From Podarcis bocagei (Eukaryota), in NCBI GenBank assembly GCA_964188305.1, contig OZ076888.1: a stretch of 64,000 nucleotides of DNA; one strand, written 5' to 3'. The stretch's first letter is position 1. Each line of letters starts with the position of its first letter. The notes beneath the pieces were generated by a model. The model saw only the letters and a program-made list of their open reading frames with translations. It did no database searches and was not told the DNA's origin. The position numbers and the translations under genes were made by a program. Below, piece by piece: positions 61,128-64,000 of the stretch.

Positions 61128-62598
61128 TATGAAGTGTCAAAGAGAATTGCATCCATGGCAGGAAAGTTGGGTAGGTGATCGCTTGAACCCTGCACCATCA
61201 ACAAAATCTTAATTGTTGACTAGGGAACCAGGACAAACTTCATTTGAGAACCAGCTGTCAAGTATTCTGCAACGTTCTTCAAACATCGCATTTTTCCTAC
61301 ATAGGCTGCATACTCACCATAAGCACATTCCCCCATCCCAAAAAAAAGAATCTTAGAAACTATAGTTTGTTAAGGGTGTTGAGAACTGCAACTTTGTGAG
61401 GAGTAAATTACAGTTCCCAGGTTTCTTTGCGGGAAGTGGTTCAAATGTGCGTTGTGTATACGTAGAGAACAGAGGTGACCAGCCATGTGTACAGATGCAT
61501 GTGGTGCATGAAAATTGCCTGGGTATCTATTTTATCCTGATTTATGCGTGCTTGGGAGGCATTGTTGCACTTTTGCAAACTTCAGTGGCTGTGCTTGGTG
61601 GCAAACAGGGCCTCTGCTGTTAGCTCAGGTGCTTTGCTTTCAAGCCTTTATGTTCTTTCAGGAAATTAGAAGTTTCATGTCATTTGACTTCCTCCTACAG
61701 TGCCGCGAATAATATTCATCAAGCACCACTATTTTACCGTCTGCTCTCCGTCACTGACAATAACTCACAGTGAATGGATTTGGTTTACAATGGCCATTAA
61801 AGGATTGTTATGAATTTTGATTAGGGTAAGGGCTACTTTAAGCGATAAAGACTTTCCCGCAGGCATTATGTGAATGATGTTCGCTGTTCCCTTCCTGATG
61901 TAGCAAGCCTACAGCTGTTTTGTACTGATATCACTAATCTGACTCTTCGTTTTAGCAGTGGCAGGAGGGGGGAGGCGGGCAGAACAAATATCTGAGAAGC
62001 AAAACAACTTGGTTCAGCTGGCATATTTCTTTTCAAAACACACCAAACACAAATGTCACCCTTGCCCATTTCATGAAGTGGGGCATGAAGGGTCATTTTT
62101 CCTAAGGAAAGGAACCATATATCCTTTAAAAATATGCTTCCGTACTTATAACAAAGAATACTGTTGAAACTTTAATGGTGCTGTTAGGTAATTATGGATC
62201 CTGGGCCCAGGCACCAATCCTAATCCCACTTTCCTGGGAGTAAGTTTCATTAAATTCAATTGGACATAATTCTATGTAGACATGGTTAGGATTGCAGCCT
62301 TTAAGGTATTACCAGGGGACACTTTATATCAGAGATGGGCAGAAGAGAGATCATGATCTACTGTTAAGTGGTTTGCAGTTAGGGATTAGAGAATCCCTAT
62401 TAGAGTTTCTCATTTTCCAATCTACAGCCAGTCGGAAGCCGCGCCTTGGTTTTCGAACAGTTCCGAGAGTCAAACAGACTCCCAGAACGCATTCTTTTCA
62501 AGAACCAAGGTACAACTGTACAGCTCTTCATATTTCCACATCAGTTTGTGATTTTTTTAAAAAAAATCCTCAAGAAGATTCATCAGCAAGTTCCTCTT

Positions 62599-63219
62599 GT
62601 TGTTGTTTAGTCGTTTAGTCGTGTCCGACAATTCGTGACCCCATGGACCAGAGCACGCCAGGCACTCCTGTCTTCCACTGCCTCCTGCAGTTTGGTCAGA
62701 CTCATGTTCGTAGCTTCGAGAACACTGTCCAACCATCTCGTCCTCTGTTGTCCCTTTCTCCTTGTGCCCTCAATCTTTCCCAACATCAGGGTCTTTTCCA
62801 GGGAGTCTTCTCTTCTCATGAGGTGGCCAAAGTATTGGAGCCTCAGCTTCATGATCTGTCCTTCCAGTGAGCACTCAGGGCTGATTTCCTTAAGAATGGA
62901 TAGGTTTGATCTTCTTGCAGTCCATGGGACTCTCAAGAGTCTCCTCCAGCACCATAATTCAAAAGCATCCATTCTTCGGCGATTAGTCTTCTTTATGGTC
63001 CAGCTCTCACTTCCATACATCACTACTGGGAAAACCATGGCTTTAACTATATGGACCTTTGTTGGCAAGGTGATGAGCTATGCCGTGCAGGGCCACCCAA
63101 GATGGACAGGTCATAGTGGAGAGTGTTGACCAAACGTGATCCACCTGGAGCAGGAACCAGAAAGCCACTCCAGTATCCCTGCCAAGAAAACTCCCTGGAC
63201 AAAGACAACAGGCATATAA
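62599..63219 (-). mobile_element. RTE-BovB insertion with inverted 5' segment
   Basis: 62599-63074 is the minus-strand BovB C-terminus (KAMVFPVVMYGSESWTIKK..DAFELWCWRRLLRVPWTARRSN..LEKTLMLGKIEG) with a (CAA)n tail. 63075-63219 is BovB 5'-region-like sequence on the plus strand. TSD AAGTTCCTCTT (62588-62598 / 63220-63230). Confidence 0.92.
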
Positions 63220-64000
63220 AAGTTCCTCTTAACAGAGTGCAAATTTGTTCTAAAATACACATATTTGTATGCAATTATCCCTTTTAAATATGGGAGACTC
63301 ACCTCTTTCCCCTGACTTTTGTCACTTGAGGTACATTGTTGGGACCCATCTTATTTTTATGTTTTTAACTGTTTTTAATATTGTATTTAAATGTTGCAAC
63401 CCACCCTGGGACCTTAGGGTGAAGGGTGGGTAATAAATTAATTGTAATTATAATTGTTTTCAAAGCAGTTTTCCTTAATATAATGCATTTTTGCATGTAC
63501 TTTTTGATAACACATACCTTTTTGTACACATGATTTGGTGGGAGAACTGCATTGCAAAATTCAGAGAGTTGACTTTGGCTCCATCTGCTGGCATGGGTAT
63601 CCGGCTCTGAGCCTGCCTCGCAGAATTGCCAATGGTGGGCAGGGTTGGGGGGTAGGGACCACTCAGGGGGCAGGCCTGACAGAGCAGATAGGCTTCCCTC
63701 AGGTCTGCTGCCAGGGCATTTCGAAGGATGGCTTTCACAAAGTGAGAATTAGGTATGTTCACCTTTCGATGTGAGCTGAATCCAATTTCTCCACATCCCT
63801 GTTTTCAGCACATCCCAAGGATTTCTGACTACCCTTTGCTATACAAGAGCAACAACAAAATGTATTTTCCGTCCCGTCCTGCCCACACCTCAAAATTAGA
63901 CTGTAGGAATTAAGAAAAGCCTCCAGGTATCAGGAATGGATTTTGATCTGGAAGGACTGTTCAAAACTCAGCCTCTGCTCTCTGCTGGTATTCTGTGCTC

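Overview
Eukaryotic, repeat-rich DNA with no prokaryotic features. The Sauria SINE, BovB, CR1, L2 and L1 content points to a squamate reptile, probably a lacertid lizard (inference). I recognised no host protein-coding gene; the window looks intronic or intergenic, with only weak minus-strand exon candidates (39925-39964, 45629-45645, 48917-49126, 53919-53964). The main feature is an apparently intact, full-length CR1 LINE (~32916-37448, +). It has a tandem ~150-bp monomer 5'UTR, a zinc-finger/coiled-coil + SGNH-esterase ORF1, an APE-RT ORF2 and an (ATTCTATG)n tail. Its ORF1 ends on an in-frame U_UUA_AAC slippery heptamer with ORF2 open in the -1 frame, which suggests a Gag-Pol-like ORF1-ORF2 fusion by ribosomal frameshifting (best lead). 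Other notable items: a complete 1.14-kb L1-mobilised non-autonomous retroposon (YY1 motif, polyA, 18-bp TSD); a BovB insertion with a twin-priming-type inversion; two SINEs with different tRNA heads on a CR1 tail; four TSD-verified solo LTRs; a 3'-truncated RTE; many MITEs; microsatellites; and two assembly gaps. Family names come from recognition, not database searches.
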